Part shown: piece after piece, positions 63,477-64,000 of the stretch
Layout of the letters: each line of letters opens with the position of its first letter
How positions within the stretch are numbered: position 1 is the stretch's first letter
IMG/VR virus record: IMGVR_UViG_3300031993_000007
Source: a virus
Lineage: Duplodnaviria; Caudoviricetes
Reading direction: 5' to 3' (one strand)
Length of the DNA: 64,000 nt
Program-made: the position numbers and the translations under genes
The notes under the pieces: generated by a model
Databases searched by the model: none
Told to the model about the DNA's origin: nothing
Seen by the model: the letters and a program-made list of their open reading frames with translations, nothing else

Positions 63477-64000
63477 TTACAGGGCGAGCCAAGTAGCAAC
63501 CTTTTCACCCATAGTTTCGAAGTATTTATCCCAGATTTCAACAACGTCCGACTTGCGCTTTACGTCATCCATCTTGATCTCACGCTTCGACTTAGGACTG
63601 AGAGTCATGACATCGTGGTAAGCAGAAGCGATGAAGTTTGCGCCTAGGCCGCTGTGAGCAACCCAGTTGTCAAGAATCTCATCAGCCACGCCAATAAGAC
63701 TCTTCTGGCCAGTGTACTCAGCATTGGAACGAGTCATACCAGTATCAAAAGCCAGAATACGGAATTGCTCTGGACGGAGGCCGCACTTCTTAGTAACACC
63801 AGCTCCAAGAGCGATCACCGGATTGTTCATCCAAAGTCCGCCGTCGGCATACCAGAGTTTATCCTTCTCGGGGCTGTCGAAGTACTTCGGGGCAGAACAG
63901 CTCGTCAAGATGGCAAACCACTGATCAACTTCCTTATCCCAAGAGTCAAAAATCTTGTCTTGGTTTTCACGGTTGCGGATGACAGAAGGAATAAAAATAG
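63477..64000 (-). CDS. patatin-like phospholipase, C-terminal part (5' end outside the window)
   Basis: frame open to the window edge; TSCSAP.YF, ADGGLWMNNP (DGG motif), ILAFDTG. Confidence 0.85.
   Translation of the reverse strand, partial: IFIPSVIRNRENQDKIFDSWDKEVDQWFAILTSCSAPKYFDSPEKDKLWYADGGLWMNNPVIALGAGVTKKCGLRPEQFRILAFDTGMTRSNAEYTGQKSLIGVADEILDNWVAHSGLGANFIASAYHDVMTLSPKSKREIKMDDVKRKSDVVEIWDKYFETMGEKVATWLAL

Noticed and set aside
189-63924. Long plus-strand ORFs antisense to real genes (e.g. 36095-36754, 48292-49296, 50772-51587, 52163-52852, 54857-55873, 33514-34080)
   Set aside because: They are shadows of minus-strand genes with biased codon usage, with no SD or promoter. Only 38670-38939 and 41816-44744 are supported on the plus strand.

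Overview
This window is a 64-kb segment of a phiKZ-related jumbo phage genome (closest in style to the AR9/PBS1-like group). Genes are dense and almost all on the minus strand. Recognisable core genes are a multisubunit RNA polymerase beta' C-terminal subunit, a phiKZ-type portal, baseplate/tail-like late genes, a patatin (truncated by the window end), and the N-terminal half of a split family-B DNA polymerase interrupted by a group I intron encoding an HNH-AP2 endonuclease. Two things stand out. (1) An early operon, pncB / nadD-Nudix / orf / pncA / nadE, encodes a complete deamidating NAD+ salvage route, unlike the described phage NARP1/NARP2 pathways. (2) About 25 early-promoter proteins with otherwise unalignable sequences share a C-terminal module: hydrophobic-x-x-[DN]-P-hydrophobic, followed about 35-55 aa later by a terminal helix often ending LIQ/LLQ. 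Thirteen of these form an uninterrupted tandem array at 23.9-29.7 kb. Also seen: about 22 TATATTA early promoters, usually directly behind an intrinsic terminator; six AAC[TA]-N4-ATTG motifs matching the AR9 late-promoter geometry; four candidate structured ncRNAs; several paralog pairs; and several single-lesion disrupted genes. All calls come from reading the sequence; no searches were run.
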